Shown piece by piece: positions 28,188-37,318 of a stretch of DNA of 50,610 nucleotides. Positions within the stretch are counted from its first letter, which is position 1, and each line of letters begins with the position of its first letter. The notes beneath the pieces were generated by a model. That model was not told the DNA's origin. It searched no databases and saw only the letters and a list, made by a program, of their open reading frames with translations. Origin of the DNA: a virus. Its lineage: Duplodnaviria > Caudoviricetes. The position numbers and the translations under genes were made by a program. The DNA lies in the IMG/VR virus record IMGVR_UViG_3300003406_000182, positions 1 to 50,610 of that record; one strand, given 5' to 3'.

Positions 28188-28483
28188 TGGCCGAGGTCAA
28201 AACGCAGCCGGTCACGGCAGCCCTGGTCGACAGCATCGTCGATGCGCCGGCTGGAAGCGTCAAATTTTATGACGCGGAGGGCAACGCGCCGTCAGGCTTC
28301 CATTTTCAGTGTCCGTGCGGGTGCGGCGATATCGGTGCGGTGAAGGTGGCAGGCGCCGGTGCCTGGAAGTTCTGGAACGGCTCTCGCGAGAAACCGACTG
28401 TCCGAGAATCAGTAGCTCTGAAGACGAATGGGGGGCCGCATTGGCACGGCTGGCTCACCGATGGCGTCTGGAGGTCGTGCTGA
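28187..28483 (+). CDS. Cys/His/Trp-rich protein (DUF6527-like)
   Basis: FQCPCGCG..WNGS.EKPT...S....HWHGWLTDG.W motif; coupled TAGTG start. Confidence 0.6.
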   Translation: MAEVKTQPVTAALVDSIVDAPAGSVKFYDAEGNAPSGFHFQCPCGCGDIGAVKVAGAGAWKFWNGSREKPTVRESVALKTNGGPHWHGWLTDGVWRSC

Positions 28484-28875
28484 TGCTCGCCCTACTGCAG
28501 CGCTACCTCCTGCCGATCGCCTTCGGCGCGGGCGTGCTCGTCGGCGCATCGGTTACCGGTATCGGTGGTCATTACTGGCAGGAGTGGGTCCATGACCCTG
28601 CTGTCCGCAAGGAGGCGTTGAAGGGCTTCGTCGCCGAGGCCGAGTACGACGCGCTTGCCGCCAGGCTCGGCAAGGCGATCAGAGATCAGAAGATCGCTTC
28701 GAACGCGCTGGAGTCCTACCGACTCCAGGCGGAAGGCGAAGCCCTGGTCGAACAGCAGCAGGAAGCAATCAACCGACAGGTTACCGGGGATTACGAAGCC
28801 CGGCGCAAGGCTGCCGGCAAACTTGATCCAATGGCCGCGGAAGATTGGGATTTCATCGAAGGGAGGATGAAATGA
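28483..28875 (+). CDS. Inner-membrane spanin (Rz-like)
   Basis: N-terminal TM segment plus coiled coil, downstream of the endolysin. Confidence 0.65.
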   Translation: MLALLQRYLLPIAFGAGVLVGASVTGIGGHYWQEWVHDPAVRKEALKGFVAEAEYDALAARLGKAIRDQKIASNALESYRLQAEGEALVEQQQEAINRQVTGDYEARRKAAGKLDPMAAEDWDFIEGRMK

Positions 28876-29162
28876 AGTTTCTCGTCTTCTCCTTGCTCCT
28901 CCTCACAGGCTGCGCGAACTATCACCAGCAACTTGCCGACGCGTCGGCCGTCAAGGCCCTCAGCGAGAGCGCGACGGTGCTGCCTGACCTGCCGCCCGAG
29001 TGTTATCAGGACGTGCCGCACGCTGCCCGAGTGATCGGTCAGGACGCGCCCGTGGTTGCTCGACGTGAGTATCAGCAGACGAGCAAGGCCAACGCCTCCA
29101 AACGCCGCTGCGTGGCAGTCTACACCGATCTCCAACAGGCGCACGCCCAACCGAAGGAATAA
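28872..29162 (+). CDS. Outer-membrane spanin lipoprotein (Rz1-like)
   Basis: Lipobox LLLTGC after MKFLVFS; Pro-rich LPDLPPEC. Confidence 0.75.
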   Translation: MKFLVFSLLLLTGCANYHQQLADASAVKALSESATVLPDLPPECYQDVPHAARVIGQDAPVVARREYQQTSKANASKRRCVAVYTDLQQAHAQPKE

Positions 29163-29165
29163 CAG

Positions 29166-29441
29166 ATGGAAACCTTTCACGTCGACCTGGCAGATGAATG
29201 GGTGCTCGTGGTCGACGGTTCGACCTACAGCGAATTCGGTGTCCAGTTGGGGAATCAAAACCCGGTGGCGTTGGCTTTTGCTGCGAGCGCCCCGGCTGCC
29301 GACACTTTCGATCGTATTCAGATGTCGTTCGACCGGATGAGTGATTTCGGCAAAGCTACCAACGGCGCCAATGTCTACGCCCGAGCGCTTCACGCTGGTC
29401 AAACCTCCCGTCTGTTCGGGTACAAGATCACGGCCGCCTAA
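29166..29441 (+). CDS. Hypothetical beta-rich protein
   Basis: AAGGA RBS; coupled to the next gene. Confidence 0.6.
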   Translation: METFHVDLADEWVLVVDGSTYSEFGVQLGNQNPVALAFAASAPAADTFDRIQMSFDRMSDFGKATNGANVYARALHAGQTSRLFGYKITAA

Positions 29442-29653
29442 TGTCGGGCTCATTTAGCCAATTCAGCGAGTTCGGCAACTTCGGCCTCACCATGCAGCGG
29501 GGAGGAGGCGGGGGTGTGCCTTCTGATGGCCCGACCAACGTCATCCTTTCGAATTCATCCATTACGACCAGCGACACGATTGTAGGTGCGCTCGCAATGG
29601 TTGGGGGCACGCCCCCTCCGACCTTCACCGTGATTTCCGTGAAAGGAGCCTAG
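29441..29653 (+). CDS. Small protein resembling the N-terminal half of a cadherin-like domain
   Basis: F-periodic N-terminus, Gly linker, then PTNVILSNSSI..IVGALA..GG..TFTV. Confidence 0.55.
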   Translation: MSGSFSQFSEFGNFGLTMQRGGGGGVPSDGPTNVILSNSSITTSDTIVGALAMVGGTPPPTFTVISVKGA

Positions 29654-29657
29654 AACC

Positions 29658-30134
29658 ATGTCCGATGGTGTATTCAATATTGCCAAGGGGCGCGTCGGCG
29701 AACTCTATCGCCGCGTCAAGAACAGCGATCCGACGAATGCCGGCTTCGTCGTTCTCCTCCTCAAGATTAACGAGACCGAAACGACGCTGGTCGACTATGA
29801 CACGGTTACGGCCTTGCTTGCGGGATCGAACACGGAGGCCGACTTCACCAACTACGCGCGCGCCGAGTTGGCTGATGCCGACCTCGCCGCCGTGCCAGCG
29901 CCGGATGACGCCAACGACCGAGCTGACTACGATCTCCCCGACCAAGTTTGGAATACCGCTGGCGGCGGCACAAACAACACGCTGACGAAACTCATCGTCG
30001 GATACGTGGCCGATCTCACATCATATGCCGACAGCGATATCGTTCCGATGACGCATCATGATTTTGCCGTCACCACTAATGGCGGCAAGTTGACGGCGCA
30101 GATAAATGCCTCCGGCTTCTACAGGGCGGCTTGA
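29658..30134 (+). CDS. Phage structural-type protein
   Basis: VFNIAKGRV, YDT..ALLAG, TNYAR and IVP..HHDF pattern seen in prophage virion genes; AAAGGAG RBS. Confidence 0.65.
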   Translation: MSDGVFNIAKGRVGELYRRVKNSDPTNAGFVVLLLKINETETTLVDYDTVTALLAGSNTEADFTNYARAELADADLAAVPAPDDANDRADYDLPDQVWNTAGGGTNNTLTKLIVGYVADLTSYADSDIVPMTHHDFAVTTNGGKLTAQINASGFYRAA

Positions 30135-33100
30135 CCATGGCTCTTCTTGACGGCCTCGCCGCCTACTGGAAACTCGACGAGGGCGCCGGCACCAGTGCGG
30201 CTGACGCGACTGGAGGCGGACACACGGGCACCCTCGTAAATTCGCCGGGTTGGGCCACGGGCAAGATAAACGGCGGCATTCACGTCAGTCTCGGAAACAG
30301 TTCCTATGTGAGCTTTGGCACGCCTGTTGCCAGCATGGGCGGCGCCTATTCCGTAGCGGTATGGTTCAAATACACTGGTCAGGGCAGCGAAGGAGCACTG
30401 TATGCAGAAAGCGCCGTAAGCGGAACCCCTCTGTTTATGATTGGAATTCCGGCGAGCTTCAGCCAAAAGCTGGAGATATTCCTCCGCAACGACGCCGGTT
30501 CTACCAACCTAAACCGTATCCTTTCGACAGCGACCGTTTTTGACGGAAATTGGCATCACATTGTTTGGACTGACGACAATGGGGATGCAAAACTCTATGT
30601 CGATGGAGTTCTTGATGCGACTAATTTTAGCTATACGCCGTCAGGTACACTGACTCTGAGCACAAGTTCGATATTCGGCAGGCTGGCCGCAAGCATTGCA
30701 CTTACCGCTGGTGGAGATGCAGATGAACTGGCAACCTGGTCTCGGGTGCTCACCACAGATGAGATAACCAGCCTCTACAATGGCGGCGCTGGCCTCTCCT
30801 ACGATGATTTCACTGCAAGCGGCGGATCAAGCGATCAGACTATCGCCCTTGGTCTTGCGTCTGAAACCGATACGGCATTTCCCATAATTCCCGTTCAAAC
30901 GCCGATCTTCTCGGTGGACGGATCGAATAACCTGGTCGTCGCTGGTGCTGTTGTTGGGGATTGGGATGTTGGCGTTCGTGTAACCGATGACGCCGAGAAG
31001 ACATTCGACAAGATATTCACCGTTTCGATCAGCGCGGGTGGTGGCGGTGACGACAGCCCCACCACCCTAACCTCAATGTCGCTTCTCAACACCAGCGCAG
31101 CCGATCAGCCAGCCGGAAGCATCACACCTATCTTTGGTCATCTCTTCCAGCGGGGGGACATTCCAAGCGGGACTGCGCCACTGTTTCATCTGGAAGATGG
31201 AACAAACGTCCACTACAGCATGAGCAAGCAAACTCGGGCGCATCGTGACGGGTCGCTTTTCCATGCCGCATTCATGCTGCGCCTGCCCGTTGGTATCCCC
31301 GCAAGTTCATCGCTGACGATCAACGTTCTCAACGGGGGCGCTGCACCGTCCGCTTCGGCACGGGCTCTAGACGACTTTTCAGCCGGCACGCTCGATCTCA
31401 ACGTCACTGTCACGGGACTCGACAATCTGTCGGGCGATTGGGTTTCTAGCCTAAATCAAGGCATCGCGGCCAACGGGGCGGACTATCAATATATGGATGG
31501 CGATGCCGGCGCAGTGTGGCGCGTACCTGCGGCCTTCCGCCAGTCAAGCGCCGATCACGGCCAGCTTGAAGGGTGGTGGTATGTCGCGGCGTTGCAGGAC
31601 GCCGAGGGCAATCTCGCCGGCGTCCGTCACCTGACGAGAGTGACACAGCCTTATTACAACGTCGCCAGCCCATCGCCGGACTTCCGCAGCTTCTCTGCAT
31701 TCGGCGTCTATGACGGTGCTTCGCAACTCGCCGACATGACGGCGAACTATCCCGCCGCCGCGAACTTCACATGGTCGAGCGGGAAAGCCTTGGGTGCCGG
31801 CTCTCCGCACGGCTTCGAGCGGGGCATGCTGGCTCGCCTTACCACGACCGGAACGTTGCCGGCTGGCCTATCGACAGGTCAATCATATGCGACCTACAGC
31901 GTGGACGCAGACACATTCGCCCTCGGCCTCAGCTTCACCAGCGTGGTCTCAAATGGGATAAACTCGTGCATTGCGCCTACAGATGCGGGGACAGGAACAC
32001 ACACCTGCTCTCTCTATCCTTTTGTCTCGCAATTCGGGAGCATCTGGACGGCGAAGGAAGACGGCCACTGGAACTATGTACAAGGCGGCGGCTCCGTCGC
32101 GGACGATGCGGATATTCTCGTGCAGCCGGATATGGCCTATTGGGCGGGCTCGGGCGCGCTGCCGCCATACGATTTGGAAACCTTTTCACCGAGCGGTAAT
32201 GCGGCATATATCTATACCCCCGACACGGCTGGACCGGTGACCCGCTTCATCAGCACCACCGGAGAAAGAAACGACATCGGGCCACTCCCGTCCTGGTACG
32301 TCCGCCATGTCTTCACAAAGGCGGCGGTCGATGAACAAGCTGTCCGCATCATTGGGTTAATCGGCGGTCATCTGCCGGTCTGCCTTCGAGATGCGACCAC
32401 GAAAGCGATGCCGGTTGTCAGCGGTAACGATTATGCGGGAATGCCAACTCATAGCACCAGTTTCAGGTGGCGAGGAGACAGCCTTACCTCTGGATTTACG
32501 CAGCCAAGCGACACGAACGTACTGACGCAAGGTTGGTCTTTCATCGATTTCAGCCACATAGCAGCCTTTTGCTACTACCCCTACGTCTTGACCGGTGAAC
32601 CGCAGTTCATGGATTTGGTGGCAGAGTACGGAAACGCGGCGGTCTATAACGAATATACCGGGTCAGGCACGGCGGTTGTCAACGACGCGGAAAACTACAT
32701 TGGCAGCATTCGTAACGTGACGATCGACGGCGTTACATACAATGGCGGGCTCTTCTTCGGAGACGATCTGCTCAGATCCCTGGCGTGGCCGACGAGAGAT
32801 TTGGTTGCCACGCAAATCCTGCCAAACAGCAACCCGGAGAACGCAAGCTATGACAGTTATTTCGCGGATCTGATCTCGAATACCTACGACGGTCTGAATG
32901 CTTATATTGGGCTGCTTAAAGCTGACGCACCGGCCTACGTTGCCGACAACGGCATGTTCCTCGAAATGGGAAGCGGCAGCGGCGGTGTCCAAGCCTCATG
33001 GACTATGGGATATCTGATCGGAGCGCACAGCCTTGCTTACGGCCTTACTGGATCGAGCGCAACACTGGACTTTCTCAACTATATCCTGAAGTGGCCCGCT

Positions 33101-33745
33101 CACATCTACAGTTCGTTCGGCGCTTGGGCACTCCCCTACTATAACGCGATGGGTAGGCAAAATGGCGATGCATGCACAGGAAATGGCTGCCACACCCCTT
33201 ACATCACCAACGATGATCAGTTCGCCCTCTATGGGTTCCAACTGACATGGGACTCCGGAACTGGCCTTTTTACTCTCGAAAACAATGATTCAGGCCATCT
33301 AGTAAGTGCCAATTATGCAATGCAAAATGGCGATATGATTATGTGGAACGGAACCATCAACGGCGATCCGCCGAGCGGTTTTCTTGGGAACAACGTGCCT
33401 TACTACGTGGTCAACATTTCTGGAGATGGTAGCGCCGGAACGACGTTCCAGTTGTCCGATGTTCTTGGCGGCATTCCGATATCCTTGGCTGAGACGCAAG
33501 CATCGAAGCGACTTGTCTACGGCATGCCCACAACACGCCCGGCTGGCTACATTGGGGATAATGGAAGTTTCGGAGCCGACAACTATCTGGCGAACCTCAC
33601 GGCCCATTTCGGATGGGCGAAAGCAGTCGGAGCGACCGTCGATGCCGATATGCTCACCGACCTGAAAGCACTGGTCGCGGGAGCATCGGGATACATAGCG
33701 GCCTTTGAGGCCGATCCAAAATACGCAATGACGGACTCATACTGA
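30131..33745 (+). CDS. Large modular protein: LamG domain, half cadherin-like domain, and an alpha/alpha-toroid region resembling polysaccharide lyases
   Basis: L.AYWKLDEG.G, DGNWHHIV and LYVDG LamG motifs; FGHLFQRGDIP..DGS, TGERNDIG, YYPYVLTGE and RSLAW motifs. Start may be ATG 30137. Confidence 0.7.
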   Translation: MTMALLDGLAAYWKLDEGAGTSAADATGGGHTGTLVNSPGWATGKINGGIHVSLGNSSYVSFGTPVASMGGAYSVAVWFKYTGQGSEGALYAESAVSGTPLFMIGIPASFSQKLEIFLRNDAGSTNLNRILSTATVFDGNWHHIVWTDDNGDAKLYVDGVLDATNFSYTPSGTLTLSTSSIFGRLAASIALTAGGDADELATWSRVLTTDEITSLYNGGAGLSYDDFTASGGSSDQTIALGLASETDTAFPIIPVQTPIFSVDGSNNLVVAGAVVGDWDVGVRVTDDAEKTFDKIFTVSISAGGGGDDSPTTLTSMSLLNTSAADQPAGSITPIFGHLFQRGDIPSGTAPLFHLEDGTNVHYSMSKQTRAHRDGSLFHAAFMLRLPVGIPASSSLTINVLNGGAAPSASARALDDFSAGTLDLNVTVTGLDNLSGDWVSSLNQGIAANGADYQYMDGDAGAVWRVPAAFRQSSADHGQLEGWWYVAALQDAEGNLAGVRHLTRVTQPYYNVASPSPDFRSFSAFGVYDGASQLADMTANYPAAANFTWSSGKALGAGSPHGFERGMLARLTTTGTLPAGLSTGQSYATYSVDADTFALGLSFTSVVSNGINSCIAPTDAGTGTHTCSLYPFVSQFGSIWTAKEDGHWNYVQGGGSVADDADILVQPDMAYWAGSGALPPYDLETFSPSGNAAYIYTPDTAGPVTRFISTTGERNDIGPLPSWYVRHVFTKAAVDEQAVRIIGLIGGHLPVCLRDATTKAMPVVSGNDYAGMPTHSTSFRWRGDSLTSGFTQPSDTNVLTQGWSFIDFSHIAAFCYYPYVLTGEPQFMDLVAEYGNAAVYNEYTGSGTAVVNDAENYIGSIRNVTIDGVTYNGGLFFGDDLLRSLAWPTRDLVATQILPNSNPENASYDSYFADLISNTYDGLNAYIGLLKADAPAYVADNGMFLEMGSGSGGVQASWTMGYLIGAHSLAYGLTGSSATLDFLNYILKWPAHIYSSFGAWALPYYNAMGRQNGDACTGNGCHTPYITNDDQFALYGFQLTWDSGTGLFTLENNDSGHLVSANYAMQNGDMIMWNGTINGDPPSGFLGNNVPYYVVNISGDGSAGTTFQLSDVLGGIPISLAETQASKRLVYGMPTTRPAGYIGDNGSFGADNYLANLTAHFGWAKAVGATVDADMLTDLKALVAGASGYIAAFEADPKYAMTDSY

Positions 33746-34498
33746 GGCGACGAAGAGCGTTTCTCCGCGGCTCAGGCCATAGCGGCTGATATCCGGCTCA
33801 GACGCCTGGAACTGCACAAGTTCGAATCCGGCGTCCACGATTCTGGAAGCCACATCGCGTCCATAAAAGCGAACATGATCAGCCTGCCCGAAATGGAGTT
33901 CGCGATCCTTCGGAGCAACGATAGCCGGATTTTCATAGGTGGTTTCCCATCCGTCCACCATCGGGATCATGATGAGAGCAAGGCCGCCTGGCTTGATAAT
34001 TCGGCGCAGTCCGCGAAGAGCGGCTCTGTCATCGACATGCTCAAGAACGTGGGCGCAGATCACCACGTCGAAGCTCGCATCAGGCAATGCGATGTTTTCG
34101 ATGTCGAGCCGAAGGTCTACTTTCATGGACGGGTCCGGGTCTGTCGTCACATAGTGGCCTGCCTCCGGGCGCACGAAACGTGTCACGGACGGTTCCGGCG
34201 CAAAGTGAAGGATGGACTTTCCAGCGATCCGTCTCCTGTTTCGGTCGATCCAGAGCTGTAACAGACGATGACGCTCGAAGGAATCGCAGTTCGGGCAACA
34301 GGCGTCGAGCCTCAGCGCTGGCCCCCACGGCAGACCCGCAGGATAGAACTTGCCCTTGTATCCGCAGATGTTGCATTCGCGCGGTGCCCATGCGGCCCCA
34401 CTCTCGAAAAGCCCGATGCCGGCTCGCGCGACCTTTGCCCATCGATAGGCATCCGGCCCGAAGCGTTTTGTTAGTGATTTTACAGTTCGTGCAAGCAT
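33737..34498 (-). CDS. Class I SAM-dependent methyltransferase with N-terminal Zn finger
   Basis: CNICG..CPNC.S.ERHR, ILHFAPE, FDVVICAHVLEHV, IKPGG and FGQADHVR motifs. Confidence 0.88.
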   Translation of the reverse strand: MLARTVKSLTKRFGPDAYRWAKVARAGIGLFESGAAWAPRECNICGYKGKFYPAGLPWGPALRLDACCPNCDSFERHRLLQLWIDRNRRRIAGKSILHFAPEPSVTRFVRPEAGHYVTTDPDPSMKVDLRLDIENIALPDASFDVVICAHVLEHVDDRAALRGLRRIIKPGGLALIMIPMVDGWETTYENPAIVAPKDRELHFGQADHVRFYGRDVASRIVDAGFELVQFQASEPDISRYGLSRGETLFVASV

Positions 34499-34645
34499 GA
34501 AGCCCCCCCGCTAGTCAAACGAAAACTAAACCCATTCCGTCGCAGATGGCAACTCTGACCGTCGTGCATCGGCCCGGATTACCACTTTAACTTGATTATC
34601 ACGCGTAAACGTGAGATTGTCTCTTTCGCTCCTCGGATAAATTGC

Positions 34646-35899
34646 ATGAATCTTGAGCATTTGAAACAGTTCGCCACGGTGCGCCAGGCGCAGATCGTGG
34701 ACGCGCTCATGCTGCACGGTTCGAAGACCAAGGCGGCGGAAGCGATCGGGATCAGTCGTGGCACGTTACGAGCCTCCCTTGCCGCGCTCGAAAAGAAAGC
34801 AGCTGCGGCCATTGACCAGGATGACGTAATCACCGAGGCGGTCGAGGCTGGCGGCATCAGCGATCCGCGCAACCTTTCCCACTTCTGGAAGATCGTCAAA
34901 GACGAGGACGGCAACGGTTACTCCCTCTTCATCAAGAATCCGCGCACCGGTCAGAACATCTCGATCACCGACATGGTGCGCGAGGCAGTCGATTCCTCGA
35001 ACAACCCCGTCCCGATCAAACTACCTCCGCGCCCCAAGGTGATCGGAGAGCACCTGCTGGTTATCGACCTGGCGGACGTTCACTTCCTGAAGCTCTGCGT
35101 GAAATCGGAGACCGGCTACGAGTACAATCGAGAGGTCGCCACCCACCGCGTTGTTGAAGGCACGAAAGCCCTACTGCAGACCGCGAAGGCGTATGGTGTC
35201 GGCCGCGTACTATTCGTTCTCGGAAACGACATCCTGCACGTGGACGGGCCTCGATCGACGACGACCAGCGGCACCTACCAAGACACCGAGGGGACGATCT
35301 TCGAAGGATTCAAGGATGCAGGTGCCGCGCTCGAACTGGCGATCACGGAAGCGTCCAAACTGGCGGACGTGGATCTGATCCACTGCATGTCGAATCATGA
35401 CTGGCTCATGGGATGGGCGCTGTCGCAAACCGTGGCAGCACGGCTGCATGGTCGCAATCCACGTGTCCACGCGACCGAATACAACCTCTCGGAGGCGCAT
35501 CGAAAGTATTACCGTTATGAGCGCAACCTGATCGGTCTTACGCATGGCGACGGCGCCAAGGAGGAGAAGCTTTACGGGATCATGGTGAAGGAGGCGCGGG
35601 AGCACATCTCCGAGTGCTTGAACCTCTATTGGTATCTCCACCATGTCCATCACAAGGACCGTAAGACCCGCGGTGAGGATAAGCCGTACCTTCGCGAGAA
35701 GGACCACAACGGCATGACCGTCCACGTCAGCGGAGATCCTATGATCGAAGGCGAACATCTCAATATCGAGTACGTGCGCTCGCCGTCCGCACCCGATGGA
35801 TGGCACGATCGCAACGGTTTTGTGAACCGTCAGGCGGTGGAGTGCTTCATCCACCACCCGACTCTCGGCCAACGGGCGCGCTTTACCGAATGGTTCTGA
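34646..35899 (+). CDS. HTH-fused calcineurin-like metallophosphoesterase
   Basis: N-terminal HTH (GSKTKAAEAIGISR); DLADVH, GNDILH.D, SNHD, THGD and HHVHH metal motifs. Confidence 0.8.
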   Translation: MNLEHLKQFATVRQAQIVDALMLHGSKTKAAEAIGISRGTLRASLAALEKKAAAAIDQDDVITEAVEAGGISDPRNLSHFWKIVKDEDGNGYSLFIKNPRTGQNISITDMVREAVDSSNNPVPIKLPPRPKVIGEHLLVIDLADVHFLKLCVKSETGYEYNREVATHRVVEGTKALLQTAKAYGVGRVLFVLGNDILHVDGPRSTTTSGTYQDTEGTIFEGFKDAGAALELAITEASKLADVDLIHCMSNHDWLMGWALSQTVAARLHGRNPRVHATEYNLSEAHRKYYRYERNLIGLTHGDGAKEEKLYGIMVKEAREHISECLNLYWYLHHVHHKDRKTRGEDKPYLREKDHNGMTVHVSGDPMIEGEHLNIEYVRSPSAPDGWHDRNGFVNRQAVECFIHHPTLGQRARFTEWF

Positions 35900-35915
35900 C
35901 TTCCCCCCGAAAGTC

Positions 35916-36188
35916 TTACGACAGCGTCACCGTCTCGCTCATAGCCTGAGCAAAGCCGATCTCTACGCCACCCCATATCCCCGCCACCATCTGCGCGTGC
36001 AAGATATGCGGCAATACGGTCGGGTTGGCCGTTTCAACCATGAAGTCGCGCAACTCCTGGAAATAGGCCCGCCCTTGCGCGCAGTCGGCCGAAAAATCAT
36101 CGGTGCGAGCCGGAGCCCACGCATTGATCTTCGGCATCCCCTCATTCGAATCTGTGTGTACAAAAGACAATTCACTCAAAGTCATCAT
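35916..36188 (-). CDS. Hypothetical protein
   Basis: AGGGA RBS; WAP.RT.D...DCA.GR.Y..GVEIGF. Confidence 0.65.
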   Translation of the reverse strand: MMTLSELSFVHTDSNEGMPKINAWAPARTDDFSADCAQGRAYFQELRDFMVETANPTVLPHILHAQMVAGIWGGVEIGFAQAMSETVTLS

Positions 36189-36210
36189 CGTTCCCTGAGA
36201 CGTAGGCCGA

Positions 36211-37029
36211 TCATAAAAGAAGGTCCGCGAAGTCGGCGCCTACGCCCGACACGGCCGGTTCGGATATTTCATCGATTTCTAATGCATCTTTTTGGCCCTC
36301 CAAATTGGTTCCCGTCTCCGTTGTGTCTGTTTCCCCGAGGAGATCGTCAAAGGAATATAATCCTATGTTCTCGTTTTGGTCCAGTGCCGCACTATGGGGG
36401 AGGTTGAAGCGGGCGTGGATAAGTTTTCGGTCGGGCCGTTGCAAAAGCTGGAATCCGCGGACTTTTTCTCCACGTTTCCAGACCACCCACATCACATCCA
36501 TGAGCGGGCTGCGGCCTCGCTCCTTCTCAAGAAACGCCGGTCTCCAGGTGAGCGGAAGGATGAGAGCCGGGGGGTTATCCTCAAACAACTTCGAGCGGCG
36601 CTGTGCATGCCAGTACTGCGACTTGAGCAGGAACGCGGCATTGGGTGCGATCGACAAGGCCCGCTGGATGAATAGATGCGACAGGTTGAAGGGCGGGTTG
36701 GTAATGATCCAATCCACCGTCGTGTTGACTTCGCAGGTGAGGAAATCAACGCATGGGTGGCCGCGAATGCCATCACCGCGCAAATCGCTTGACCATACAT
36801 GGTCGGGGCCAAGATATGCTTCGAGAACTACGGACATATGCCCGCCGCCGCATGCCGGTTCCCACGCGACAGTTCCCTGGGGTAATTGTAGATGCTCCAT
36901 CAACGCCACGGTCACATCAGCTGGCGTTGGATAGAAATCCGCGGGCTTTCTTTCGTGCGTCTTTTGCGACATCACGAGTGCGTCGGCGTAGGTATGGGTA
37001 TTCAACGTATGCCCTCGCGAATCCGACAT
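36211..37029 (-). CDS. Phage DNA amino-methyltransferase (probably N6-adenine)
   Basis: DFYPTP, WEPACGGG (motif I) and IITNPPF (motif IV). Confidence 0.88.
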   Translation of the reverse strand: MSDSRGHTLNTHTYADALVMSQKTHERKPADFYPTPADVTVALMEHLQLPQGTVAWEPACGGGHMSVVLEAYLGPDHVWSSDLRGDGIRGHPCVDFLTCEVNTTVDWIITNPPFNLSHLFIQRALSIAPNAAFLLKSQYWHAQRRSKLFEDNPPALILPLTWRPAFLEKERGRSPLMDVMWVVWKRGEKVRGFQLLQRPDRKLIHARFNLPHSAALDQNENIGLYSFDDLLGETDTTETGTNLEGQKDALEIDEISEPAVSGVGADFADLLL

Positions 37030-37084
37030 GAATTTTCAATTATGCGAACCTTCGGCGAGTGAAAATCAAGCCAAAAGTGAAATA

Positions 37085-37318
37085 TTAGGCAAGCAAATCC
37101 GAGAAGTCATCCGTTTCCGGTGACTCCAATACTCGCCGAATGCACTCTACCGGGTCGAGACCGACAGCGACGTTCCACTTAGCCACGCCAGAAAACTTGG
37201 CGATTGCCTGCCATGACGCAGGCCCCATGTTCAGTTCAAGGCTAAGGAGTTTGCCGTCCTCTGGTCGACCATCTGGCCGCTTCTGTTGTATGCACCGCAG
37301 CAGCGCCGCCTCGATCAT
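37085..37318 (-). CDS. Hypothetical protein ending in DDFSDLLA
   Basis: Abuts the upstream gene; carries the shared terminal motif. Confidence 0.65.
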   Translation of the reverse strand: MIEAALLRCIQQKRPDGRPEDGKLLSLELNMGPASWQAIAKFSGVAKWNVAVGLDPVECIRRVLESPETDDFSDLLA

